Source: Candidatus Kapaibacterium sp. (lineage in GTDB: Bacteria > Patescibacteriota > Patescibacteriia > UBA9934). Taken from it: a stretch of DNA of 64,000 bases. The stretch is taken from the NCBI GenBank assembly GCA_044350705.1, contig JBILHA010000002.1, positions 306,295 through 370,294 on the forward strand. Direction: 5' to 3'. The position numbers and the translations under genes were made by a program. The stretch's first letter is position 1. Each line of letters begins with the position of its first letter. Below are positions 1-9,753 of the stretch, in pieces. The notes beneath the pieces are model-generated. The model saw only the letters and a list, made by a program, of their open reading frames with translations. It did not search any database and was not told where the DNA came from.

Positions 1-55
1 CGCGCGTTATCTTTGGGGGAGGGTGCTTGTGCCTCCCCCACTCCTTTCATTTTCT

Positions 56-589
56 ATGGCTATCGAATTTCTTAAAATACCTCCCTATCAGTTTGATCAC
101 GCATCTGCATCTCCTGAAATGATCAATATGCTTCTTTTCCAAACGCTTGATCCTGAAACCCGAGCACCACATTCTCTTGCGAGGTCGCACATCATCTATA
201 CCTCTCCTCTTTTACGTGCTCGTGGTGCACTCGCATCATCCTTTGTAATAATTCCTGAATTGCGCGAAGTTCTTTTTTCACTCTCTCCTTCCGACTTTGA
301 TTCAAATATCTCCCTAAGCACTTCTGTGCGCAGAGCTTTTCTCCGAGAAATCTGTCTTCCCTCTCGAACAGATTATCGTAAACGTCTTGTTGATCTTGTT
401 TTATTCCTTCAGCAGCGACACCCCGAGAAGACTATTACTGCAACTGTTCTCACGCATACCTTTATCCTTACTTGTGTTCGAGAAATTCTTCGCGATCGCG
501 AACTTTTTCTTCATCATCCTCACCTCTCATTTTCTTCGTATGATCCTTCGAAAAAACTTTTTTCATTTTTAGAAAGTTTTATTGTGTAA
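56..589 (+). CDS. hypothetical protein, weakly histidine-phosphatase-like
   Basis: ORF from ATG 56; SPLLRA, PELREV and LTHTF segments resemble the phosphoglycerate-mutase fold, but there is no RHG motif. Confidence 0.55.
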   Translation: MAIEFLKIPPYQFDHASASPEMINMLLFQTLDPETRAPHSLARSHIIYTSPLLRARGALASSFVIIPELREVLFSLSPSDFDSNISLSTSVRRAFLREICLPSRTDYRKRLVDLVLFLQQRHPEKTITATVLTHTFILTCVREILRDRELFLHHPHLSFSSYDPSKKLFSFLESFIV

Positions 590-592
590 ATA

Positions 593-622
593 AAAAATCC
601 TCTCTTTCCAGAAAGGATTTTT
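593..622. terminator. bidirectional intrinsic terminator
   Basis: AAAAAATCCT...AGGATTTTTT inverted repeat between the convergent ORF and tRNA-Leu. Confidence 0.6.
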
Positions 623-708
623 TGGTACCGAGGGCGGGAATTGAACCCGCACGGCATTTCTGCCTGGGGATTTTAAGTCCCCTATGTCTACCATTCCATC
701 ACCCCGGC
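623..708 (-). tRNA. tRNA-Leu(TAA)
   Basis: Cloverleaf GCCGGGG...CTCGGTACCA; anticodon arm GGGGA-CTTAAAA-TCCCC; long variable arm; encoded CCA. Confidence 0.96.
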
Positions 709-712
709 ATAC

Positions 713-1181
713 AGATTTCCTACCCAAGTTTGTCCCTCGCGGTGTCGACTCCTGTGCCCCGGCCTCGTCGTACTTATTAGGTACGTCTTCGGCCGGTGCT
801 CGTCGTCTCCTAGCGGGGAACAAACTTAGTAGGAAATCTTCATTCGACTCGCTTCGTCTCTTTGTTCTCTGCCAGACTCGGCCTCAACGTACTTTATGGG
901 TACGCTTCGGCCTGTGCCGTGCTGTCTCCTTGTATATGGCCAACTTAGTAGCAAATCTTCGCTCGACTCGTCTCGTCTCTTTGTTCTTTACTAGCTCTGT
1001 CTCGTCGTCATTATTGGATACGCCTTCGGCCTGTGCCGTGCCGCCGCCTAGTAGAAACAAACTTAGCGATAAAAATTCACCCGTCACTTCTCTTGCTCGT
1101 TCTGCCACTTTTTTTGTCGACTCCTGTACCCCGGCCTCGTCGTACTTATTAGGTGCGTCTTCGGCCGGTGCTCGTCGTCTC
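713..1181. repeat. array of palindromic ERIC/MITE-like repeats: one full 111-bp unit at 721-831 plus three partial or degenerate units
   Basis: TACCCAAGTTTGT...ACAAACTTAGTA ends; central CGGCC..CGTAC/GTACG..CGGCC hairpin; 743-809 recurs at 1115-1181 with 2 mismatches; about 120-bp periodicity. Confidence 0.85.
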
Positions 1182-1328
1182 ATTGACACTCGGCATCTTA
1201 TATATCACAAACTTCGTGGCAAAAATTCAGGGGAAACGAAATAAAACCTGATACATTTTTCCACTTTCCGCTGTTTTCCGCAACCCTCGTGGGCATACCG
1301 AACAAAAACCGATAAGATACCGGGTGAT

Positions 1329-2354
1329 ATGGCTATCGAAGAACATCAGACGACCACTTCCCGAGAGACTGCGCCGGAAGCTCAGGAGCATGAACAGCAA
1401 CAGGAGCTCACCCTGCGTCCGCAGCGACTTTCTGATTTCATCGGTCAACATGATCTTCGGGCGAACTTGGAAATCTTCATTGATGCAGCCAAGTCACGCA
1501 ATGAGCCGCTGGAACACCTTCTTCTTTATGGCAATCCAGGATTAGGCAAAACCACTCTTGCGCATATCATCGGAAGAGAGATGAGTACCAACGTACGCGT
1601 CACGAGCGGTCCTGCGCTTGAACGTGTAGGGGATCTTGCTGCCATTCTTTCGAGCTTGCAACGAGGCGACATTCTCTTTATTGATGAGATTCATCGTATT
1701 AATAAGTCCATTGAGGAAGTTCTCTATCCTGCCATGGAAGATTTTGCGCTTGATGTGGTGGTAGGAAAGGGACCCACTGCTCGTACCCTGCGTCTCAGTT
1801 TAGAGCCTTTCACGATCATCGGTGCCACCACTCGTTTATCTCTTCTTTCCGCACCGTTGCGCGATCGCTTTGGAACGATTTTTCAGCTTGATTTTTATCG
1901 AGATGAGGATATGCGTCGCATCGTTTCTCGCAGCGCATCACTTCTGGGATTTTCTCTCGATGAAGCATCCGCACAAACCATCGCGCAGCGCGCTCGTCGT
2001 ACTCCTCGTATCGCCAATCGGCTTCTCAAGCGTGTACGCGACTTCTCTCAAGTAAAGCATGATGGCGTTATCTCTCCTGAGATCGCGAATGCCGCGCTTG
2101 ATCTGCTTGCTATTGATCCGCTTGGGCTGGATAATGCCGATCGTCGTATTCTTCTCACGCTTATTGAGAAGTTTCAAGGCGGCCCTGTAGGGCTTGGAAC
2201 CCTCGCCGCAGCAACACAAGAAGAACAGGCAACCATTGAGGAAGTTTACGAACCTTACCTTCTCCAGCTGGGCTTTTTAGAGCGTACTACGAGAGGGCGC
2301 ATGGCTACTTCGCGCGCCTACGATCACCTGCGAGTGGAGAAAAAAACTTCCTAG
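1329..2354 (+). CDS. ruvB: Holliday junction branch migration helicase RuvB
   Basis: [12 protein letters not shown], Walker [34 protein letters not shown]. Confidence 0.98.
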   Translation: MAIEEHQTTTSRETAPEAQEHEQQQELTLRPQRLSDFIGQHDLRANLEIFIDAAKSRNEPLEHLLLYGNPGLGKTTLAHIIGREMSTNVRVTSGPALERVGDLAAILSSLQRGDILFIDEIHRINKSIEEVLYPAMEDFALDVVVGKGPTARTLRLSLEPFTIIGATTRLSLLSAPLRDRFGTIFQLDFYRDEDMRRIVSRSASLLGFSLDEASAQTIAQRARRTPRIANRLLKRVRDFSQVKHDGVISPEIANAALDLLAIDPLGLDNADRRILLTLIEKFQGGPVGLGTLAAATQEEQATIEEVYEPYLLQLGFLERTTRGRMATSRAYDHLRVEKKTS

Positions 2355-2411
2355 AGCCTTTGCGCAAAGGGGTGATCGTGTATGTCTCTTTGTGCGCTAT
2401 ACTGTGCGCAT

Positions 2412-2681
2412 ATGGATGCTATTCCTTTTGCTGTCCTCCTCGCCCCCTACCTTCTCGTCCTTGCGGTTGCAGCGATTTTCTTATTCTTCAATGTATTCCA
2501 TCTCTGGCGATACGGCGTTGACGGTCCCGGTACCTCCCTTCTCATTGCCGTGTATATCGGACTTTTCATCGTCATCGTCGGCGGCACCTGGGTTTCGCTG
2601 AGTGGCTTTGCGTGGACTGGAACGTTCTCTTTAGCTGATTTCTTACCTCGCTCTCCGGGTATTTCTTCTTTTGGACTATGA
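2412..2681 (+). CDS. small two-TM membrane protein
   Basis: ATG 8 nt after a TATACT -10 box; two hydrophobic segments; stop overlaps the next start. Confidence 0.75.
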   Translation: MDAIPFAVLLAPYLLVLAVAAIFLFFNVFHLWRYGVDGPGTSLLIAVYIGLFIVIVGGTWVSLSGFAWTGTFSLADFLPRSPGISSFGL

Positions 2682-3277
2682 TGCATCTCAATCATCTTCC
2701 TAATTCCCGACCTGGGGAACATGTCGTTCTCTTTCTTCGACGTCACTGGATTGATCTTTTCCGCGTTTTCCTTTTTACCGCCTTTCTCATCCTTATTCCT
2801 CTCTTTGTCGGAGGTGCGCTCGTGTTTGTTGATGCGCCCGTTCTTTCTCATCCCGTCTTCTCCCCTCTTCTCCTGTCTCTGCTGGGTGCGTACCTCATCA
2901 TCGTGCTTATCGTTACGATTACTGAGATTACCGACTATTGGCTTGATGTCTGGATTGTCACCACTGAGCGCATCATCAACTCTGAGCAACATGGTCTTTT
3001 TAATCGCGTTGTTTCTGAGGTGTATCTGAATCAAATTCAGGATATTACCAGTGAACAAAAAGGTCTTCTTGGCACTTTCCTTACCTTTGGTAATGTCTAT
3101 GCTCAAACTGCTGCCGAACGAGAGCGTTTCACCTTCAAAAATATCGACAATCCTGATCCGATCAAAATTCGTATTAGCGACCTTATTACGGAATGTAAAA
3201 CAAAACATCACCATACCCCCCAGGAGCTTGGTGAGGCCGAGAAGAAAACACATGAGGCCGTGGAAAAGCACAAATAA
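2678..3277 (+). CDS. membrane protein with bacterial PH domain
   Basis: LRRHW, two TM helices, YWLDVWIVTTERII..EQHGLF.R, IQDI, FGNV. Confidence 0.88.
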   Translation: MMHLNHLPNSRPGEHVVLFLRRHWIDLFRVFLFTAFLILIPLFVGGALVFVDAPVLSHPVFSPLLLSLLGAYLIIVLIVTITEITDYWLDVWIVTTERIINSEQHGLFNRVVSEVYLNQIQDITSEQKGLLGTFLTFGNVYAQTAAERERFTFKNIDNPDPIKIRISDLITECKTKHHHTPQELGEAEKKTHEAVEKHK

Positions 3278-3304
3278 AAATCTCCGCTTTTGCGGAGATT
3301 TTTA

Positions 3305-5107
3305 TTACTTCCATGTGCGTGATATTTCGACACCCGTATAGAAATATTTCAGAATTTCTTCCCAGGTACTTCCCTCTTTCGCCATACAGATCGCTCCTGA
3401 TGCGGACATTCCTACACCGTGGCCCCATAAACTCTTACCTTGATCACAGGGCACTGCAACGGACTTTGCATAGGGGACTTCTCTTCCCCATACTTCACTC
3501 CAGTTTCTCGTGCGACCATCGGAGCGTGAGAAATAGGAAGTAATTGCCGTTTGTCCTTCGTACGTCACGATCTGTCCGCGCGTCGCCTCGACACCTGCGG
3601 CAATGAGCGGATTGCGCTCTTCTTGACCATAGCCCCAGTACACCTGATCGCGATATGCGTCTACATGATAGCCTTCTGCTGCGTGTTTTGAAGGATTTGT
3701 ATAGTGAAAATATGCATACGTGCGCGCTGCGGTCATGAGTGCTTTTTGGAATTCTTCGGGGGAAGAGTTCGAAGTTTCCGCGAGACCTCGCAAATAATAT
3801 TCCATGGGCAGCTCATTAATGAGCCACGTGCGATCTTTTGTTGCGTTGTAGCGAAGTTCAAGAACGTTTCGGAAGGTGTTATTTGCGTACGACGTTCCTC
3901 GCGTTACTCGGCGATCGAAGTTTGTGACTTCCAGAACTGCATTCGCCGTCACCGGCACAAAGCGAAGCGGGAGCGTTGACGTCTTTTGTGTAGCTCCTGA
4001 TCCGTAGACATAAGTATCACCGCTATATGCTGCGCGTATATCGCTCCCCTTCGGGATGGTGAGGAGATGTTTTCCTGCGGTATCGCGAACTTCTACCTCG
4101 CTTGCGTGCGAACCAATACGCACTTCCCAATCTGTCTCTTCATCGACAATGAGCACTCCCACCCGCATCATGGGCTCTTCGAGCAGATTCTCTTGTACAT
4201 CCTCTTCTTCCTCTGACTCGTTGCTTGGATTTACCCACTCTCCCGTCCCCCCGGTCACTTCGATCGGAAGATTTACCTCTGCGCCTGCAATCTCCTGTTC
4301 ATTTGCTTTGAACGAGAAGACGAGCTTATGCACTCCGTTTACCTGGGGTGTTTGCATGAAAAATTGCACATTTGCCGTTTGGCCGGGAGCGATTGCTTGC
4401 TGCGCAAGTGCTGCTACGGTTTTCCCATTCCAGGAGCTGTGCGCAAATGACGCCTGCTGGTTTCCCGATGCATCATGCAGACTTATTGTATTCCACGTTG
4501 CAGTACCGGTATTTTTCAGGGCAACCATGAACGATATCGGCCTTCCCGCTTTTACTTTGAGGGCATTTGCCGTTTGGGCAACCATCGAGCCTTCATACGT
4601 CAAGGTGTCCGCAGGAGCTTCTTCCGAGGCTTCTTCTGCGCCACCTACGAGAAGATTGAAGGTGAACTGTCCTCCAGGGATCCAGGCAATGTCTTCTGCG
4701 GCAAGCGCAAATGTTTCTTTGTACGTTCCAGGAGTTTGCGGTGCATGCAGCTCAAAGGAAACCGTTCCCGTTCCCCCCGGTGCTACATTCGCTTCATTTA
4801 AGCGTCTCACTTGCGTAGGAGAGAGCCAGTTTCCTGGGTCAAAGCTACTCTTTCGATATTTTGGTTCGTAGGTATATACAGAAATATATCCGGGTCCATC
4901 GTTTTTCCAGGTTGATGCTCCGGTGTTTTGGAACGTCAGCGTCACTTGTCTGCGTTCGCCAGGAGCCATCGCGACCGTTCCACCCCCTGTTGTAGTGACC
5001 CGCAGCGCTGCATACGCCGCGGTTATTGCCTCGGCTGGACGCGGGAGCACGCCCGTAAGCGAGGAGAAAAGAAGACATAACCCTAAAACACATGCACGAA
5101 GACGCAT
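3305..5107 (-). CDS. secreted SpoIID/LytB-domain peptidoglycan hydrolase with two NBR1-like Ig domains
   Basis: Signal peptide; two NTG..TW Ig repeats; INELPMEYYLRGLAE, KALMTAARTYA, GHGVGMS, ILKYFYTG. Confidence 0.9.
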   Translation of the reverse strand: MRLRACVLGLCLLFSSLTGVLPRPAEAITAAYAALRVTTTGGGTVAMAPGERRQVTLTFQNTGASTWKNDGPGYISVYTYEPKYRKSSFDPGNWLSPTQVRRLNEANVAPGGTGTVSFELHAPQTPGTYKETFALAAEDIAWIPGGQFTFNLLVGGAEEASEEAPADTLTYEGSMVAQTANALKVKAGRPISFMVALKNTGTATWNTISLHDASGNQQASFAHSSWNGKTVAALAQQAIAPGQTANVQFFMQTPQVNGVHKLVFSFKANEQEIAGAEVNLPIEVTGGTGEWVNPSNESEEEEDVQENLLEEPMMRVGVLIVDEETDWEVRIGSHASEVEVRDTAGKHLLTIPKGSDIRAAYSGDTYVYGSGATQKTSTLPLRFVPVTANAVLEVTNFDRRVTRGTSYANNTFRNVLELRYNATKDRTWLINELPMEYYLRGLAETSNSSPEEFQKALMTAARTYAYFHYTNPSKHAAEGYHVDAYRDQVYWGYGQEERNPLIAAGVEATRGQIVTYEGQTAITSYFSRSDGRTRNWSEVWGREVPYAKSVAVPCDQGKSLWGHGVGMSASGAICMAKEGSTWEEILKYFYTGVEISRTWK

Positions 5108-5174
5108 ACGGTGCTAGTGTACCATGTATACCAGGTCGGTTACACCTCTTTTTCCTCCCTTTTTGGGATTCTCT

Positions 5175-6620
5175 ATGGCCTCTCTTGCCCGTAGTTCTCT
5201 TTTACAAATATCCGGGAAATTACTCGGTATTTTCTTTGGACTTGCCACCTTCTATCTTCTTCTTCACTTTTTTGGTACCGAGGGATACGGCGTTTTTACC
5301 ACTGCGCTTACCTACGTTACTTTCTTTTCTATTGTTGTTGATTTTGGCCTGACGATTACCACCGCTCAGATGATTGCGGAGAAAGGCGCAGATGAGCAAA
5401 AAATTCTTTCCAATCTCTTTGCCTTGCGTATTGTTAGCGCGCTTGCATTCATGATGCTCGCCCCCCTTTCTGCATGGTTTTTGCCCGGCACGGAGAAGGT
5501 ATTTCCCTTAATCTGCATTGGCTCTGCAACGTATTTTTTTGGCGCTATTGCCCAAATGTTCTTAGGGGTTTTCCAGAAGCGTCTTGAGCTTGCTACTCCG
5601 GTTATTGCTGAAATGCTCAGCCGTGCACTCTCTCTGGCGGGCATTCTCTTCGTTGGACTTACCACCCAGTCTCTTCTTCATGCGACGTTCGCCTTTACGC
5701 TTGGCGCTGCCGTTCAATTGGTCATCATGCTCTTTGCCACCCATCGCCGCATTCCCCTTCGGCTTTCCTGGGACTTTTCTGTATGGAAAAATATCCTTTC
5801 TCGCAGCTGGCCTATTGGGCTTTCTATTTTCTTCAACCTCCTTTATCTCAAAGGTGATGTGTTATTTCTTTGGGGGCTTGGAAAAAGTGACTGGGAGATT
5901 GGACAATATGGAGCGGCATACAAAGTCGTTGATATTCTCACCATGGTTCCCGTCACCTTCATGGGACTCGTTCTTCCTCTTCTTACCCTTGCGTGGACTT
6001 CACGGGATCATGGAGGATTTACTCGTCGCATGCAACAGACCATTGATCTTTTTGCCGTCATTTCCATTCCCTGTATTTTCGGAGCATGGGCACTGGGTGT
6101 TCCACTCATGACTGCGGTTAAGCCTGATCTCGCGCTCGCCGGACAGCTTCTTTGGGTTCTCGTTCCTGCCGCGGTTGTCGTTTTCTTTGGCTCGCTCTTT
6201 GGACATGCGGTGGTCGCTCTTCAGGCGCAGCGACCCATGACCTGGAATTATTGCATCGTCGCGGTACTCGGCGTTGCCGGATACCTTCTTCTCGTTCCTC
6301 CGTTTGGCGCCTGGGGCGCTGCTTGGGTAACGCTCTTTTGCGAGGCGGCAATTGCGCTTTTGGCCTACGTTGTTATTCGTAAACGCTGGAAGGCTTCACT
6401 CTCTTTTCTCATCCCACTCAAAGCCTTGGTTGCGAGCGTAGTCATGTTCTTTGCGCTTGAGCTCGTACAATACTTCTTTGCTCCTTTTTCTCCGGTGAGC
6501 TCTCTTCTTCTTTCGTTTGCAATCGGTGTTCTCGTCTATTTCCTCGCACTCTCGGCTGTTCAAGGCCCAACCCTTCGCGATGCAAAAAAATTACTTGCAG
6601 CAGATGCGCGTCAAAGCTAA
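5175..6620 (+). CDS. polysaccharide flippase (Wzx/MOP family)
   Basis: Many TM helices; YGVF...DFGL, IGQYGAAYK. Confidence 0.9.
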   Translation: MASLARSSLLQISGKLLGIFFGLATFYLLLHFFGTEGYGVFTTALTYVTFFSIVVDFGLTITTAQMIAEKGADEQKILSNLFALRIVSALAFMMLAPLSAWFLPGTEKVFPLICIGSATYFFGAIAQMFLGVFQKRLELATPVIAEMLSRALSLAGILFVGLTTQSLLHATFAFTLGAAVQLVIMLFATHRRIPLRLSWDFSVWKNILSRSWPIGLSIFFNLLYLKGDVLFLWGLGKSDWEIGQYGAAYKVVDILTMVPVTFMGLVLPLLTLAWTSRDHGGFTRRMQQTIDLFAVISIPCIFGAWALGVPLMTAVKPDLALAGQLLWVLVPAAVVVFFGSLFGHAVVALQAQRPMTWNYCIVAVLGVAGYLLLVPPFGAWGAAWVTLFCEAAIALLAYVVIRKRWKASLSFLIPLKALVASVVMFFALELVQYFFAPFSPVSSLLLSFAIGVLVYFLALSAVQGPTLRDAKKLLAADARQS

Positions 6621-6626
6621 TTTCGT

Positions 6627-7898
6627 ATGCTCTTCTCTTTTTTTCTCCTTCTTACGCTCGGACTTTTTACCTGGCTGAGCATCCGTCATTTTCATAGTGC
6701 CCTTCTCCTCTTTCTTGCTCTTTTTCCTACCTATCTCATCCGCTTCTCCCTTGGCCCTCTTCCTACCACCCTTCTTGAGCTGTGTTTTTTTGTTCTCTTT
6801 GGTGTTTGGGTTGTTCGTCGTTTGCGCGCGCATACCCTCTTTCTTCCTTCTCGGGGCATTCTTGTTTTCTTTTTTCTTCTCAGCATCCTTCCTTTGGCGG
6901 TGGTTCCCGGTGAACACCTCCTGTCCTCGCTTGGGCTTTGGCGGGCATATTTCCTCGAGCCATTCTTGCTCGGGTGGATCCTTTGGCATGAGTTGCAAGA
7001 TGAAACCATTCGTCTTCGAGCGTTTCTTGGCCTTTCGCTCTCTGGTTTTTTCCTCGCAGCGCTTGGTATTTTTCAATTCAGTACTGGGCTGGGCATTCCT
7101 GCTCCCTGGGATATTGAGCGAAGGATTACGAGTGTCTTTGATTACCCTAATGCCCTTGGACTTTTTCTCGCCCCTCTTTTAAGTGCACTTTTGGTATTCG
7201 GAATTTGCACCTGGAAGAATCGTCTTCCTCATGAAAAAACGTTTCTCGCTGGAGCGTGCACGGTCATGCTTCTTGCCATCATCTTGGCAAAAACTGAAGC
7301 TGCGCTTGTCGCCGTTCCTGCTGCGGTATTCATTTCGCTTTTCATTTCCCCCCTCATCTTACGCAAACATAAAATCATTGCCGGAGTTTTCGCTTCTCTT
7401 GCGCTTGTCGGTGCATTTGCTTTCCCCCACATTCGAGCCAAGCTTCTTCTTCAAGATTTCTCTGGAGGCGTACGACTCTCGCAGTGGAAAGAAACGATCG
7501 AGCTTCTCAAAGATCACCCGATTACTGGCGCAGGCATAGGATATTATCCCGAACTTCTCCGGACTTCTTATCATCACGATTGGCAGTATGAGATTTTCCA
7601 ATATCCCCACAATATTCTTCTCAACATCTGGGTTGAGTTGGGTATTTTAGGCGTGGTTCTTTTTCTTGTGGGCGCGTGCTATCTCGGAAGAAGCGTTTGG
7701 AAACAGCGTTCTTCTCCTCTTCCTCTTGCCGCAGGTGCTGCACTTCTTGCCATGGCTATTCATGGACTTGTTGATGTTCCTTTTTTTAAAAATGATTTAG
7801 CGATGATGACGGTGGTGTTTGTGATTTTTATCATGGGAGCAGCGGGGAGTAAGGATGGGAACATAGGGAGTATGCATGGAAGCACGGGGAGTAAGTAA
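6627..7898 (+). CDS. O-antigen ligase (Wzy_C) family protein
   Basis: RITSVFDYPNALGLFL, HPITGAGIG, YPHNILLNIWVELGILG, HGLVD. Confidence 0.9.
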   Translation: MLFSFFLLLTLGLFTWLSIRHFHSALLLFLALFPTYLIRFSLGPLPTTLLELCFFVLFGVWVVRRLRAHTLFLPSRGILVFFFLLSILPLAVVPGEHLLSSLGLWRAYFLEPFLLGWILWHELQDETIRLRAFLGLSLSGFFLAALGIFQFSTGLGIPAPWDIERRITSVFDYPNALGLFLAPLLSALLVFGICTWKNRLPHEKTFLAGACTVMLLAIILAKTEAALVAVPAAVFISLFISPLILRKHKIIAGVFASLALVGAFAFPHIRAKLLLQDFSGGVRLSQWKETIELLKDHPITGAGIGYYPELLRTSYHHDWQYEIFQYPHNILLNIWVELGILGVVLFLVGACYLGRSVWKQRSSPLPLAAGAALLAMAIHGLVDVPFFKNDLAMMTVVFVIFIMGAAGSKDGNIGSMHGSTGSK

Positions 7899-7951
7899 AA
7901 TAGGCGATTTTTGTTTTTTACAGAGTTTTCCTTTCTTTTCTAAACGCAAAA

Positions 7952-8002
7952 CGAGCGTCCGGGACGTGTCACACGCGATTGCGTGACACGCCCGAACGCT
8001 CG
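7952..8002 (-). terminator. long 3' stem-loop followed by a U-tract
   Basis: CGAGCGT..CGTGTCAC/GTGACACG..ACGCTCG; followed on the minus strand by TTTTGCGTTT. Confidence 0.65.
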
Positions 8003-8016
8003 AGACGAAGGGGAGG

Positions 8017-8559
8017 CTAGCGGCACATCCCCACAAAGAGGGTGTTCGCGCCGCGGACCCGGAGGTCCACATCGCAGGTCGACTTTGCGACTTGCGTCGC
8101 CAGCGCTCCCTGCATGATGTGGTACGGGTCCCCCAGCACGATGGCCGGGAGGGTGGTGCCGGGGACGACCCCCGGACTCTCGATATCCAGGCCGGACATC
8201 GAGTACCTGGTCACCGTCACGCTCACGAGCGTTACGGCGCCGAAGTCCACCCATCCGCGCTCGCCGGGAGCGAGCACCGAGGCACACCGCGTGCCGGTCG
8301 GCCCAGCGACGTACACGCACTGCGTGACGCCACCTTCCGTAACGACGGCACGGGGTACGCCGCCGGAGCCGGCAGAGGTTCGATAGGAGAACCCCAGCTC
8401 GATGGCTGCGTCGGTGTTGTTGATGAACTGCACCACCGTGGGACCCGCCTTGGGGACACGCATCACCTGCGCTCCCAGCATCCCCGTGTTCGGGCTCACC
8501 GCCGGGTTGGCGGAAGCAGAGGAGATGGCGAGAACCAGGGCGGCGAGGAAGCTAAACAT
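8017..8559 (-). CDS. GC-rich secreted hypothetical protein
   Basis: GGAG 6 nt before ATG 8559; signal peptide MFSFLAALVLAISSASA; beta-rich with 4 Cys; strong GC3 bias in this frame. Confidence 0.75.
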   Translation of the reverse strand: MFSFLAALVLAISSASANPAVSPNTGMLGAQVMRVPKAGPTVVQFINNTDAAIELGFSYRTSAGSGGVPRAVVTEGGVTQCVYVAGPTGTRCASVLAPGERGWVDFGAVTLVSVTVTRYSMSGLDIESPGVVPGTTLPAIVLGDPYHIMQGALATQVAKSTCDVDLRVRGANTLFVGMCR

Positions 8560-8678
8560 GGGAGGCTCCATGGGGCACAAGGCCCGGTGAGGAAAGGACG
8601 TGCTCGGGACAGGATGTCATCGAGCGGTGTATGCACTCCTCATCGAGAAGGACATGCACTGCATGATGAGCTGATTCA

Positions 8679-8715
8679 GGGGAGCCAACAGTGCATTGCT
8701 GCGTGTTGGCTCCCC
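8679..8715 (-). terminator. 3' stem-loop downstream of 8734-9333
   Basis: GGGGAGCCAACA...TGTTGGCTCCCC 12-bp stem with no U-tract, so possibly a stabiliser or processing site. Confidence 0.5.
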
Positions 8716-8733
8716 CACGGGAACGAGGGCCTT

Positions 8734-9333
8734 CTAGCGACCGGCGGCCGCGCGGGCTCGGGCCTCGGCGGCCGCGACCTCGGCGGGGGTGGGCCCGGGG
8801 GGCGGGGGGCGACGGGTCTGCGCGTGCGCGGGCGCGGGGGGCGGCGGGAGGAAACCCCCGCCGTTGACGGCCTGCAGAGCCGCCATGTCGGCGGCCGCCT
8901 GGCTGGGCCAGCCACCGAGCGGCACGCCGAGCGTGCCCTGCATCGCGGCGTAGGACGCCGCTTGGCCGGTCGCCACCTCCCCATCGGTGGATACGTAGGT
9001 GTCGCGGCCCTGGGCCGCGGCGGTGACGGCCACCGTCGCCCCCGCCTGGGCGAGGGTGAGGGCGGCCTGGGCCTGGGCCTGGGCCCGAACGCACTGCGCG
9101 CGGGCATCCGCCGCGGCGGCGAGCATCTCGCTCGCCGCCTCCGCGCTCAGGAACTGCGCACCGTTGGTGCGCAGGTTGGCACAGCCGTCCGGGCCCCAGC
9201 CCACGACGAGCGCGGGGTCCCGGGCGAAGAGCCCGGAACGGTTGCGAACGGGGGCCGGCTCCTCGGCGGAAGCCGGGGAGGAGGTGGCGACGAGGGCGGC
9301 GATCAGGGACAGCGAGAACAGGATGGAACGCAT
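8734..9333 (-). CDS. GC-rich secreted Ala/Pro-rich hypothetical protein
   Basis: AAGGGG 8 nt before ATG; signal peptide MRSILFSLSLIAALVATSSPASA; GC3 bias. Confidence 0.78.
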   Translation of the reverse strand: MRSILFSLSLIAALVATSSPASAEEPAPVRNRSGLFARDPALVVGWGPDGCANLRTNGAQFLSAEAASEMLAAAADARAQCVRAQAQAQAALTLAQAGATVAVTAAAQGRDTYVSTDGEVATGQAASYAAMQGTLGVPLGGWPSQAAADMAALQAVNGGGFLPPPPAPAHAQTRRPPPPGPTPAEVAAAEARARAAAGR

Positions 9334-9434
9334 GAGCGTTTCCCCTTTGCCTTTCGGCGGTGTGGCCCGAAGGCCGTTGTTTCAACGATCATTCGGTACA
9401 ATGCGTGGCTTTCCACGTCATTTCCGAACAGTTC

Positions 9435-9463
9435 AGTATAGCAAAAAAATGCAAAAAAATCAA
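9435..9463 (-). promoter_or_regulatory. sigma70-type promoter (leftward twin)
   Basis: TTGATT-17 nt-TATACT with extended -10 TG. Confidence 0.8.
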
Positions 9464-9619
9464 GCTAAGAGGCGAATGGGATTTCACATGGAAACTTGGG
9501 ATTTCTTAATAAAACCGCGGGTATTACGTCTCAGAACGGGGGTGGGGATAGGTGTGTGAATATCGGACTTGTCGAAATGACATTCTTAAAATTCTTCCCC
9601 TTCCTTCTCTTTCTCTCCA

Positions 9620-9648
9620 TTGATTTTTTTGCATTTTTTTGCTATGAT
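9620..9648 (+). promoter_or_regulatory. sigma70-type promoter (rightward twin)
   Basis: TTGATT-17 nt-TATGAT; first 26 nt identical to the leftward promoter. Confidence 0.8.
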
Positions 9649-9753
9649 GCGCCGTTCCAGATCCATGCTTCCTGCATGAGAAATGGACGATCTCTCACAA
9701 TCCTCTTCATCACTTCACCCCCTGGTTCGCAGTGAACCAGATAGGAGAACCGT

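Noticed and set aside
713-1181. CRISPR array
   Set aside because: Units are long, degenerate and internally palindromic, with no unique spacers and no cas genes.
569-1244. ORFs 569-823, 684-1244 and 884-1189
   Set aside because: They overlap tRNA-Leu and the repeat array, and their repeated peptides simply mirror the DNA repeats.
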